From an uncultured bacterium (GTDB taxonomy: Bacteria > CSSED10-310 > CAZUFC01), in assembly GCA_964619725.1 (NCBI GenBank), contig CAZUFC010000008.1, forward strand, positions 61,941-125,940: 64,000 nt of DNA. Reading direction: 5' to 3'. Below the pieces are notes generated by a model. It did not search any database and was not told the DNA's origin. It worked only from the letters and a program-made list of their open reading frames with translations. This document shows positions 17,451 through 26,370 of the stretch, piece after piece. Each line of letters starts with the position of its first letter. Within the stretch, counting starts at the first letter, position 1. Both the position numbers and the translations under genes were made by a program.

Positions 17451-19097
17451 ATGAGAATGGCAGTCCGCTTCGGTTTGATCGCCATAGTTATCATTAAAAT
17501 AGGCGTATCGGCCTTATATCATAAGGATTCATTTGCTATTTCCGATGAAGCCGCTTATCTGCAGACAGCCAGGAGTCTGGCGAGGGAAAATAAACTCAGC
17601 GTGCCGAAATACAGAAACGCCTATCACATGAACATAGGCTCTTCCTACGTCGATCTGGGAAACATAATGATCTCCAAGTATCCTCCGGGATATCCCTTTT
17701 TGCTTTCCCTATTTTATCGAATAGGCGGGCATTCCTGGACAGGCCTGCTGAATTTGACGGCCTCGCTTTTTACGATAGTAATGATTTTTTTACTGGGCAG
17801 GAACATATTCGATTCTTATACGGGATTCCTGGGCGCCGTCGTTTACAGTTTCGGTCCGACGGCGATGTTTTTCGATCAGACTTATATGTCCCATACGCTT
17901 TCAACAGCGCTGACGGCGGCTGCTTTGTTTGCAGCATTAAAAGGCTCTGAACGCCATAAAATATATTTATTTCTGTCCGGTCTTCTGGCCGGTTCGGTTA
18001 TATTCGTCAGATATAGCGATATCATACCTGCTTCAGCAGGTCTGGCGCTCATACTGATTCAACCGAAGACCTCAATGAAAGAACGAATAAAGGGTGCGGT
18101 ATTTTTTGCGGCAGGCTTCGGTCTTGTTTCGGCGTTTTTTCTTTTATTCAATTGCGAAGTCTGGGGAGACCCTTTCAGGACAGGCTATTTTTATACTCAG
18201 GAACAATCAGCTTTCTTGCTCAGCTTGTTCCACCGTCGCATTTTGTTTGTGCTGAAAACGGTTTTCGTTCAGGGTATCCCCTATATTTCGCTTTTCGCCG
18301 CGCCGGCCATACTGATTCTGGCATTCAAAAACAGTCGGTATGCAATCTTTTATACCGTTTGGATTCTTCCTCTTCTGTTATTGTATTCGTGCTACTACTG
18401 GAAGACGCCCAGTTATTCCGTTTATTCCCGTTTCCTGATGCCGGTTCTTCCCGGCGTAGCTTTGTTGAGCGTTTATTTTATTTTCACCGTATGCAAAAAA
18501 TTAAAGATTTCACTGGGCTGGACCGGCGCGCTTTTGATTTTTCTCTATCCGGCCATCGCTTTCAGAGGTTTTCATGAATCCATAACGGAGTATAACAAGC
18601 GTTCCGCAAACGATCTGATAGAATGGGTCGAATCGAACGTGCAGAAAAATTCCCTGCTCTACTCGGATACCAACACTTTGACTGTTTTATCTTATTTCTT
18701 TGACGAGAGTTATGATTTTCGCGATTCGGCCGAATTGAGGATGCTTTTCCATAAGAAAAAAGAGAAAATAACACGTGCGACACGGAAAACAATAAAAGAA
18801 GAAAAATTGCCCCCGGTATTGGAGGCCAAAAAACAGGAAACCGGCATCGCTGTGCGGCGGCATTTCAATGCGGCTAAGCTGAAAGCAGAGATAAAGAACA
18901 GGATGACCTATCTTATTATCCGTGAAACGAAAGACGAGAGTATAATCGAAGATATAAGTTCGATTTGCCGTATTGAAATTTCAGCGAAAAATGAACGTGA
19001 AGGTTGGTCCGTGTACAGATTGTACCCTCAAAGAGTGCGTGCTCTGAACGAACCCGCTGTTTCGCCGTTATTTGAGGAAAACAGTGAGAATAACTGA
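17451..19097 (+). CDS. GT-C-fold membrane glycosyltransferase (ArnT/PMT-like)
   Basis: TM1 followed by SDEAAY acidic motif, KYPPGYP, many TM segments, SRFLMP motif, soluble C-terminal domain. Confidence 0.82.
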   Translation: MRMAVRFGLIAIVIIKIGVSALYHKDSFAISDEAAYLQTARSLARENKLSVPKYRNAYHMNIGSSYVDLGNIMISKYPPGYPFLLSLFYRIGGHSWTGLLNLTASLFTIVMIFLLGRNIFDSYTGFLGAVVYSFGPTAMFFDQTYMSHTLSTALTAAALFAALKGSERHKIYLFLSGLLAGSVIFVRYSDIIPASAGLALILIQPKTSMKERIKGAVFFAAGFGLVSAFFLLFNCEVWGDPFRTGYFYTQEQSAFLLSLFHRRILFVLKTVFVQGIPYISLFAAPAILILAFKNSRYAIFYTVWILPLLLLYSCYYWKTPSYSVYSRFLMPVLPGVALLSVYFIFTVCKKLKISLGWTGALLIFLYPAIAFRGFHESITEYNKRSANDLIEWVESNVQKNSLLYSDTNTLTVLSYFFDESYDFRDSAELRMLFHKKKEKITRATRKTIKEEKLPPVLEAKKQETGIAVRRHFNAAKLKAEIKNRMTYLIIRETKDESIIEDISSICRIEISAKNEREGWSVYRLYPQRVRALNEPAVSPLFEENSENN

Positions 19098-19280
19098 TTG
19101 ACTTTTTACGTCGCCGCTGACTCAGTTGAACCAGACTCGAAATTTGACAATCGGCGGTCATTTCGATTTGATAGGGAATGAGAAATCGGCCGTATCGGGC
19201 AACCGGTTACACTTTGCCGGAAATTTAAACGATCTGTTAATGGTCAAGGGAAAGCAATGAAATGAACATGGAGGTGTTCC

Positions 19281-21770
19281 ATGCAGGAGAGAAAATCTGG
19301 CGAGTTCAGAACGATAAATTTTGCTTTGATGTTTTTTGCAGCCGCTTTTTTGATCGGAGCGGGAGTTTTGATTGAAGGGGCGGAGGCTGATGTTGATTTT
19401 GAATTCGTTGAGGATTCGTTGTATTCGGGAAGCATTTATGATTTATGGGTGGAAGATGATCTGCTTTACATGGCTGCGAAAAAGGCAGTGTGGATTTATG
19501 ATGTTTCGACGCCGGAGACGCCGGTTTTGCTTTCTACCGTGGATACGCCGGGGCTGGCCAACGGCGTGCATTACAAGGATGGTTACCTATATGTGGGCGA
19601 CGTATACGGATTCCAGATCATTGACGTTTCGGACCCGTCTTCGCCTGTGACCGTCGGTTATTATAAAGCGGTGGGAGATGGCTATCCTGAAAGGGTCCGG
19701 GTAAGAGACGGTTATGCCTATGTGGCGGCTTATGATGCAGGATTGCAGGTTTTCGATGTTTCCGATCCGACGATGCCGGCGCTGGTAGGCAGCGGAGATA
19801 CGCCGGCCTACAGTTGGCATGTGGCCGTCAGCGGAAACCTGGCTTTCCTCAGCGACATGTTTTCTCTTGAGACGTTCGACATAAGCGATCCGACGCAACC
19901 CGTTCATCTTTCCTCTTATTCAGCGGTTTTCGGATTGGAGGTCGAGGTGGAGGGGAATTTAGTATATCTCGCTTACATCGACGGGATGATCGTTCTGGAT
20001 ATGTCGGACCCTGAAAACCCGGTTGAATATGGGTTTCCCGGAATAACCGGCAGCGGCAGCGGAGAATCCATTTCGCTGGAAAACGACCGCGTGTATGTCG
20101 GTCACGGCGCGTACGTGGACATCTTTGACGTTTCTGATCCCGGAGAACCGGAACGTATCGGTTACTACTACACTCATTCGCATCCCAGGGCCATTCAGGC
20201 GGTCGGCGATCTGCTGTATATTGTGGAAGATGAAGCGGGATTTGAAATCGTGGATGTTTCAGACCCGTCTGATCCTGTGCGGATAACTTATGTGAATCCT
20301 TTCATCCGGGGGGAAAGAGAGGATGTGCTGTACCATCAGGGGCTCGTTTACTTGGCCGACGGCGTTCGCGGCCTGAGGATATACGATGTGAGCGCTGATC
20401 CGGCGCAACCCCAGGAGATATCTTCCGTGGGTCTGCCGGGATATGTCAGGAATTTAAGGCTATTTGAAGATCGATTGGTTGTTGGGGCTGATTCGAGGAT
20501 TCATGTGCTGGATATCCAGGACCCGGCAACCCCGGCGCTGCTCAGCACAATCAGAACAACCGGGCATCCCTGGCAGGCCTGGCTGGAAGGAAACACCCTG
20601 ACGGCAGTTGATCTTTACGGCATACATACTTTTTCGCTGGAGAATCCTGAGAAGCCCGAACTCCAGAACAGTTACTTCACTTCACATGAAGGCGATCCTT
20701 ACGATCTCGTTAAAAGAGGCGATTATCTCTACGTTGCAGCGGGGCACGGCGGAATGATGATATTCGACGTCTCCTCTCCCCTGGACCCCACCAGGCTGGC
20801 GCGCATCCCCGATGATAATTCCAGAAGCTACATCACGTTGAAATTAATAGCCAATACCGCTCTGGCGCTGAAAAGCTCAGGAGGCATAGACATTTACGAC
20901 ATAGTAAATCCCGCAGCGCCGGCACTCGTCAGGGAATTCGAACTGGAAGGCTCATTCAACAGAATCCTCGTTCAGGACGATAAAGCTTTTCTCAGCAATG
21001 GAGTCAGGGGAATAATAGTCCTGGACGTCTCAACTCCACGTAATCCCGTAATTATCGGATCATACGACACAACAGGATACAATGAAGGGACAGCAATAAA
21101 CGGTCAATACGTCTATATCGCCGACTATTACTCCTTCGCCGTCTATCGGATGCTCAATAAACAGAGCGATGACGTCCCTCCCGAAACCGTCATCGAATAT
21201 CCCGCCCAGGGTGATTTAATCAAAGGCAAATTTGCCGACATTTTCGGTCGCGCCTGGGATGACCAGTCCGGTTTGAAAAAAATACATATCAGTCCCGATA
21301 ACGGACTCTCCTGGGAAACGGCCCAGGGACTCGATCCCTGGTCATACCGGTTTACTCCGGCCGATTACGGAAACATCACCGTCCTCGCCAAAGCCGAAGA
21401 TCAGAAAGGCAACGTCGAAGACCCCCCGTCTTCCGTTGACTTCGACTTCATACCCGCAAGGCCCCAGATACTCTCCGCCGGCTTTCTCAATACCAGAATT
21501 AATTATGACGGCGGGCGTCTGGGCCTCGCCGCCTGGATTACAGACCCCCAATCAAACTTCAATATCAAAAAAGTCGAATTGCTCTATGACGGCATTCCTA
21601 CGGGCGTCACGCTCGATCCCCTTTACAACAAAAGCGAAGATTTCCAAATTTACTGCCTGGATCGCCAAATTGACGCTTCTGTTCCGGAAGCCGACTATGA
21701 AATTCAAATCGAGGTTGAAGATGTTTACGGGTTGAAAAGTCGATTATGGCCTTACTTGTCTGTTGAATGA
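19281..21770 (+). CDS. Secreted LVIVD-repeat beta-propeller protein with Ig-like C-terminal domains
   Basis: Signal peptide; many repeats of YLYV....GL.I(F/Y)DVSDP..P; DDVPPETVIEYP...GRAWDDQSG...SPDNGLSW Ig-like domain; GGAGG RBS. Confidence 0.88.
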   Translation: MQERKSGEFRTINFALMFFAAAFLIGAGVLIEGAEADVDFEFVEDSLYSGSIYDLWVEDDLLYMAAKKAVWIYDVSTPETPVLLSTVDTPGLANGVHYKDGYLYVGDVYGFQIIDVSDPSSPVTVGYYKAVGDGYPERVRVRDGYAYVAAYDAGLQVFDVSDPTMPALVGSGDTPAYSWHVAVSGNLAFLSDMFSLETFDISDPTQPVHLSSYSAVFGLEVEVEGNLVYLAYIDGMIVLDMSDPENPVEYGFPGITGSGSGESISLENDRVYVGHGAYVDIFDVSDPGEPERIGYYYTHSHPRAIQAVGDLLYIVEDEAGFEIVDVSDPSDPVRITYVNPFIRGEREDVLYHQGLVYLADGVRGLRIYDVSADPAQPQEISSVGLPGYVRNLRLFEDRLVVGADSRIHVLDIQDPATPALLSTIRTTGHPWQAWLEGNTLTAVDLYGIHTFSLENPEKPELQNSYFTSHEGDPYDLVKRGDYLYVAAGHGGMMIFDVSSPLDPTRLARIPDDNSRSYITLKLIANTALALKSSGGIDIYDIVNPAAPALVREFELEGSFNRILVQDDKAFLSNGVRGIIVLDVSTPRNPVIIGSYDTTGYNEGTAINGQYVYIADYYSFAVYRMLNKQSDDVPPETVIEYPAQGDLIKGKFADIFGRAWDDQSGLKKIHISPDNGLSWETAQGLDPWSYRFTPADYGNITVLAKAEDQKGNVEDPPSSVDFDFIPARPQILSAGFLNTRINYDGGRLGLAAWITDPQSNFNIKKVELLYDGIPTGVTLDPLYNKSEDFQIYCLDRQIDASVPEADYEIQIEVEDVYGLKSRLWPYLSVE

Positions 21771-21922
21771 TATAAGTGTGAAATGACGCTTGGAAAATAT
21801 ACATCTGAATTGATCAAAATATAATTGGGATAAAATGTTTTCTTGACAACTGCGTTTTGATTACTTAAAACTTAAGTGGCGAATGACGTCAACAAAAATA
21901 TTTTATTAACAGGAGGCTTCGA

Positions 21923-23071
21923 ATGATGAAAAAAGCAGGGCGGTTGATTTTAATGACCATAGTCCTGGCGCTGACTGCAGCGAATATGGCTTACGGCGAT
22001 GATCCCATGGACGTAAGCATTTGCGATATTCAGCAGTATAATGGAGTGAGTGAGGGAGACCGCGTTCGCGTAACGGGAGTGTGCACGGCTGAAACGGGTC
22101 GTTACGGTATGAGCGTAACGATCATTTCTGAAGAGGGCGGCGGTCCCTGGTGCAGCATGTATGTATATGTAGTGGACCAGGACCTGATCGCTTTTCAGGG
22201 TGAGTGCGTGACGGTGGTTGGTGAAGTATCGGAGTATTACGGAAAGACGGAGATATACGTAGGCAGTGATGAACCTGAGAGGCCGACGGTAACGACGGAA
22301 TGTTTTCCGATACCCGAACCGATGTATGATTTGACGGCCAATTTCACGGGTGCGATTGCTGAAAAATATGAAAGCTGTCTAGTCAGGGCCGGTTGCATAA
22401 CGGTTACGGAAGAAGCCAACGAAGGCAATTTCTGGAATATGAAGATCGATGACGGCAGCGGTCCATGCCTGGCTCAGTTTTCACAATATTGGGACAACCC
22501 GCCGGAAGGAACCGAATACTGTTCGATGTCGGGCATTTTGGATTATTCCTGGGATCAGTTCAAGATAAGGCCCAGGAATGAAGAGCAGGACCTGGATACG
22601 ACGGCACACGCCGAATGCGGGTATTGCGGAGGAACCACGCCGACGCCGACGCCGACTTCTACCGGTTCGACACCCACTTTCACCCCGACCGGCGATACGA
22701 CCCCGATACCTTGCGAGCCGGACCTCGTGTTATCACTGAACAAAGTGAGTCCCAACTGCTTTACGGCCGGCGATCAGTTTTCTTTGTTCGCCACCATCAC
22801 TAATGGAGACTGTCCGGCATACACGGTTGATTTCTATTGCGTGCTTGACGTTATCGGAATGTATTTCTGGGCCCCGACCTGGACGGAGACGTTTGAAGGA
22901 ATGCCCGTGGTTTTACCATCATATGATTCCACTGATGTCCCCCTTCTGGACTTTAGCTGGCCGAGCAACGCCGGAAGCTTCAGCGGGCTCTTTTTCTATT
23001 GCGCGATCTTTCAGGAGGGCACATTTGAATTTCTGGACGATCTGGAGATCAAGGAATTCTGTTACGAGTAA
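21923..23071 (+). CDS. Secreted protein with tandem OB-fold-like domains, Pro/Thr linker and C-terminal beta-sandwich-like domain
   Basis: Signal peptide; SICDIQ...EGDRVRVTGVCTA and GECVTVVGEVSEYYGKTEI / EKYESCLV / GILDYSWDQFKIRPR resemble OB folds of ExeM/YhcR-type nucleases; no catalytic domain recognised; AGGAGG RBS. Confidence 0.75.
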   Translation: MMKKAGRLILMTIVLALTAANMAYGDDPMDVSICDIQQYNGVSEGDRVRVTGVCTAETGRYGMSVTIISEEGGGPWCSMYVYVVDQDLIAFQGECVTVVGEVSEYYGKTEIYVGSDEPERPTVTTECFPIPEPMYDLTANFTGAIAEKYESCLVRAGCITVTEEANEGNFWNMKIDDGSGPCLAQFSQYWDNPPEGTEYCSMSGILDYSWDQFKIRPRNEEQDLDTTAHAECGYCGGTTPTPTPTSTGSTPTFTPTGDTTPIPCEPDLVLSLNKVSPNCFTAGDQFSLFATITNGDCPAYTVDFYCVLDVIGMYFWAPTWTETFEGMPVVLPSYDSTDVPLLDFSWPSNAGSFSGLFFYCAIFQEGTFEFLDDLEIKEFCYE

Positions 23072-23142
23072 ACGATAACTTCCGCCGGCAGAGCGCCGAC
23101 GATGCTGATTACGATCTCGACAACAAGTGTATAATTGACCGG

Positions 23143-23197
23143 CTGAATCCAATCAACGGCCGGGGGGAATTTTCCGAAAGCCGTTGATTGGATTCAG
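23143..23197. repeat. Perfect 18-bp inverted repeat (long hairpin)
   Basis: CTGAATCCAATCAACGGC...GCCGTTGATTGGATTCAG, with inner CGGGGG/TTTCCG pairing. Confidence 0.8.
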
Positions 23198-23249
23198 ACG
23201 GCGACAAAATTTTTAATTGAGGTCAGACGTGTATCAGACAAGGATTTCG

Positions 23250-23278
23250 TTGACATAGACTTTTTTGCTGCTTATCAT
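23250..23278 (+). promoter_or_regulatory. Sigma70-type promoter, probably producing a leaderless mRNA
   Basis: TTGACA-17 nt-TATCAT; in-frame ATG at 23286, 7 nt after the -10 box, with no SD. Confidence 0.7.
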
Positions 23279-23285
23279 CCTTTTC

Positions 23286-26279
23286 ATGTATTCGAAGTTA
23301 CATAAAACATTTTGCATCGGAGCCGTACTGATTCTGAGCGTCGTTTTGTTTTTGTCGGTTACCGAAGCAGCGTCCGTAATTGCTGTGACGGCTTTTTTGC
23401 TTGCGGCAAACGTTTATTTATATTCACGCGGGCAGTACGGTTCGTCCGTTGATATGATTTACTTGTTTTTCGTCACAGTCGTTTCCGCTTTCTACCTGCA
23501 AAGCGCTGTTATGACTGAGTTTCCCGGTGAATCCGTCATTTCAAAACCCAATTTAAATGCTTTTTTCTGGCTCATCCATCTTGGCTTGATCTTCGTTTTG
23601 CCCGTTGCCCTGCGAAAAAGGACCATTTCAAAAACTGATATTTCCGTAGTCATTTTTGTTTTTTTTCTGGGTCCTTTCTACACACAGATCATCGATAAAT
23701 CTCCTTACGGGCTTATGGTCCCGGCGGCGCTTGTTATTGAACGCCTCATGTCTACAGATATTAAGGAGGACAGAAGGTATTCGTCGTCAATTTTCGCTTC
23801 TGCCGGATTTCTATTTGTTTTATGGCTGTTTATTTCTGGATTGTTCGCGGATGATACAGGCGGAATGTTCCGCGTTTTTTCTCATTATGCAGCCCCTCTG
23901 GCGGCCTTGCCCCTGTTACGGCGAACTAAAAACGGGAAACGGAACACCTGGCTTTGGGGTCTGTTTTTTCTTTTTATTGTTACACTGCTGATTTCCTTCA
24001 ACAAGTTTTTTTATAACTGGTTTGCTCTTCATCTGAGGAATTTCTGGCATATCAAATTATGGACCGCAGCGGTTCATCCCAATGCACTGGCTTCTTTTCT
24101 GATAGCGTTGTTACCCTTTTTATGCGCATTCATCACGTTTAATTTTAAGAAAAAATGGAGGATAATCTCCTATTTTCTTCTCGGTTTTATCATGTTGCTT
24201 CTGGTTTTTCTGACAAGGAGCCGCGGCGGAGTAATCGCTCTATCGGGAATGTTGATCGCTGCGCCGCTGTTACTGAAGAAACCAAAGTCCAGAGCCTTCC
24301 AGATCATTTTCACTATAGCGCTGCTGATTCCGGTACTCTTTTTTTCCGTTTACTCCGTGGGTTCTTTGCGATTGGAAAGCGGCGCCGGTCAGCAGTTTGA
24401 AGGCATAAGGGACAGGATAATTTTATGGAAGCCGATCTTAAGGGCGATAGGCGATATACCTGCGTTCGGACTGGGAATGGGAAATCACCACAGGCTGTCG
24501 CAATGGTTTCAATGGCCGGATTTAGGTTACCGGGAACTTTATGGGACCTGGATCGGATGGGACATGCTGGGTCGTCACAGTCACCAGGTATTTCTGGAGA
24601 TACTATTGATAGGGGGCGTCCCGGCATTGATTCTTTTTTTGCTTGTGACGTTTTATGCTTTGTTTAAGGGGCGCCGGGGGATACATAACAAAGATTTTAT
24701 ATATCGAACAATGGGAAAGGCTGCTTTACTGAGTCTTCTGTTTCAGGGATTGTTCGATTTCACCTGGTATTATCCCTGTATTATTCTACTTTTCTGGACT
24801 GCGGCGGCTTCGGCTGCAGGGGAGTTCGATCAGGCAGCCTTACAGCCGGCGTTTTTACGCCTCATGACCAGGCGGCTTCAGAAGATTTTTCTCCTTATTT
24901 TCTTCTTTACTGCGGTTCTGGTTCCCATAGTCAACGGCCTGTTTTCCAACTTGCAAGAGGTCTGGGATCAAGATGCGCCGCTGAAAGTCTGGAGTATGCT
25001 CATGCCGTGGAATCCTGCGCCCGAGCGGCTGCTGGGAGAACGTAAACTGGAGGAGAAACAGTCGAAAGAAGCCCTGGATCATTTCAGAAAAGCCGTCGAA
25101 CGTGATCCCTCGACTTTGAACGATCATGCAGTGCTCGGTTGGCTGATGATCCGGCTCCGGGAGGATCAAAAGGGATTCGAGTATTTGATGATGCGCGAAC
25201 GAAAAGACCCATTGGGTACAGTGTGCGATCCTTACATAGACCTGGCGGCATTCGTTTCGCAACAGGATGCCCAGAACAAGGACGACCTGCTGCATTATCT
25301 GGAAAAATCCTTCATGGTGGGAGCGGGATTGAAAGAGAATTTCTTCTGGGATAATGAGAATGAAAGAGAAAGATGGTGTTTTTCATCGCTTTTCCTGGGA
25401 GACTATCTGGCCGAAAAGTATGGGATATTGGATTTGCCGAAGGTTCCCCAGGGACTGTCCGTCGAATGCAGCCTGGAACTGCCCGAAGTGCTGAGCCGGT
25501 TGCAGTTGAATCTAAAGCAGGAACAGAATAGGGAAGTTTACAATGATTACCTGCGTATTAAAACTGCAGAATTGCTTTGGGAAAGCGGATACAGGAAAAA
25601 ATGTCTGGAAATATTGCAGAAAGGCGGTATGAGTCTGAAAGAGCTTCATGGATTCAGGGACGTTCCGATCGATACTATCGAGGAGGATTCCCCGGAACAA
25701 TATCGAATAGAGGGAACGAGACTACTGGCCTTGGGTAAACCTGAAGAGGCGTTGCCTTTTTTGGAAAGAGCGTGGGAAAACGGATTGGATGATTTGAGGA
25801 TTTCGGCGGGACTGGCTGAAGCTTATAAGGCGACGGGGAATATTGATGAAGCTGTAAAGCATTATTATCGCATCATCGAGCAACAACCGGAAAACGAAAC
25901 GATAAGAAATAATCTGGCTCTTTTGCTGCTGCATCAGCGCCGCTATAATAAGGCCGAGCATCAGTTCAACGAAGCGCTGAAGATTAATCCGCGGTCGTAC
26001 AGCGCTCTGTATAATCTGGGAACTCTTTATCTGGCGACTAACCAGCCAGAGAAGGCTGCGGAAATGTTCGATCGTTGCCTTAAGCTGGACCCGTCTTCTC
26101 CCGCGGCTTTGTTCAATCGGGCTCGCGCTGCAGACAAAATGAACCGAAGTAACGAAGCGCTGGTTTTTTATCGACATTTTCTTGCAAGCGCCAAACCTGA
26201 TACGTACAATGAACTTCGCGGGATTGCCGTTCGCCGTATCAATGCGTTGCAAAAAGCGGCAGAAGGGAATTCCGAATGA
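23286..26279 (+). CDS. O-antigen ligase-like (Wzy_C) GT-C membrane protein with C-terminal TPR repeats
   Basis: Polytopic; HPNALA, LTRSRGG, DRIILW, FGLGMG, RHSHQVFLE motifs; TPRs (NNLALLL...ALYNLGTLY). Confidence 0.85.
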   Translation: MYSKLHKTFCIGAVLILSVVLFLSVTEAASVIAVTAFLLAANVYLYSRGQYGSSVDMIYLFFVTVVSAFYLQSAVMTEFPGESVISKPNLNAFFWLIHLGLIFVLPVALRKRTISKTDISVVIFVFFLGPFYTQIIDKSPYGLMVPAALVIERLMSTDIKEDRRYSSSIFASAGFLFVLWLFISGLFADDTGGMFRVFSHYAAPLAALPLLRRTKNGKRNTWLWGLFFLFIVTLLISFNKFFYNWFALHLRNFWHIKLWTAAVHPNALASFLIALLPFLCAFITFNFKKKWRIISYFLLGFIMLLLVFLTRSRGGVIALSGMLIAAPLLLKKPKSRAFQIIFTIALLIPVLFFSVYSVGSLRLESGAGQQFEGIRDRIILWKPILRAIGDIPAFGLGMGNHHRLSQWFQWPDLGYRELYGTWIGWDMLGRHSHQVFLEILLIGGVPALILFLLVTFYALFKGRRGIHNKDFIYRTMGKAALLSLLFQGLFDFTWYYPCIILLFWTAAASAAGEFDQAALQPAFLRLMTRRLQKIFLLIFFFTAVLVPIVNGLFSNLQEVWDQDAPLKVWSMLMPWNPAPERLLGERKLEEKQSKEALDHFRKAVERDPSTLNDHAVLGWLMIRLREDQKGFEYLMMRERKDPLGTVCDPYIDLAAFVSQQDAQNKDDLLHYLEKSFMVGAGLKENFFWDNENERERWCFSSLFLGDYLAEKYGILDLPKVPQGLSVECSLELPEVLSRLQLNLKQEQNREVYNDYLRIKTAELLWESGYRKKCLEILQKGGMSLKELHGFRDVPIDTIEEDSPEQYRIEGTRLLALGKPEEALPFLERAWENGLDDLRISAGLAEAYKATGNIDEAVKHYYRIIEQQPENETIRNNLALLLLHQRRYNKAEHQFNEALKINPRSYSALYNLGTLYLATNQPEKAAEMFDRCLKLDPSSPAALFNRARAADKMNRSNEALVFYRHFLASAKPDTYNELRGIAVRRINALQKAAEGNSE

Positions 26280-26370
26280 TCCCGGGGATGGATTCCAAGA
26301 ATGCTGTTTATATTTCGCCTGCGTTAAAAATACATGCCGGCAAGAAGGCTTTTATAGGTTTTTAGGAGAA

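Noticed and set aside
23229-23285. GAGG + GTG start with an in-frame TAG (23256) before the ligase-like gene, suggesting amber readthrough
   Set aside because: The segment is better explained as a TTGACA-17-TATCAT promoter; no pyl genes or other recoding evidence in the window
26182-26370. N-terminal extension of the DUF2723 ORF overlapping the upstream gene
   Set aside because: 98-nt overlap and non-family-like sequence; family-like sequence begins near ATG 26371
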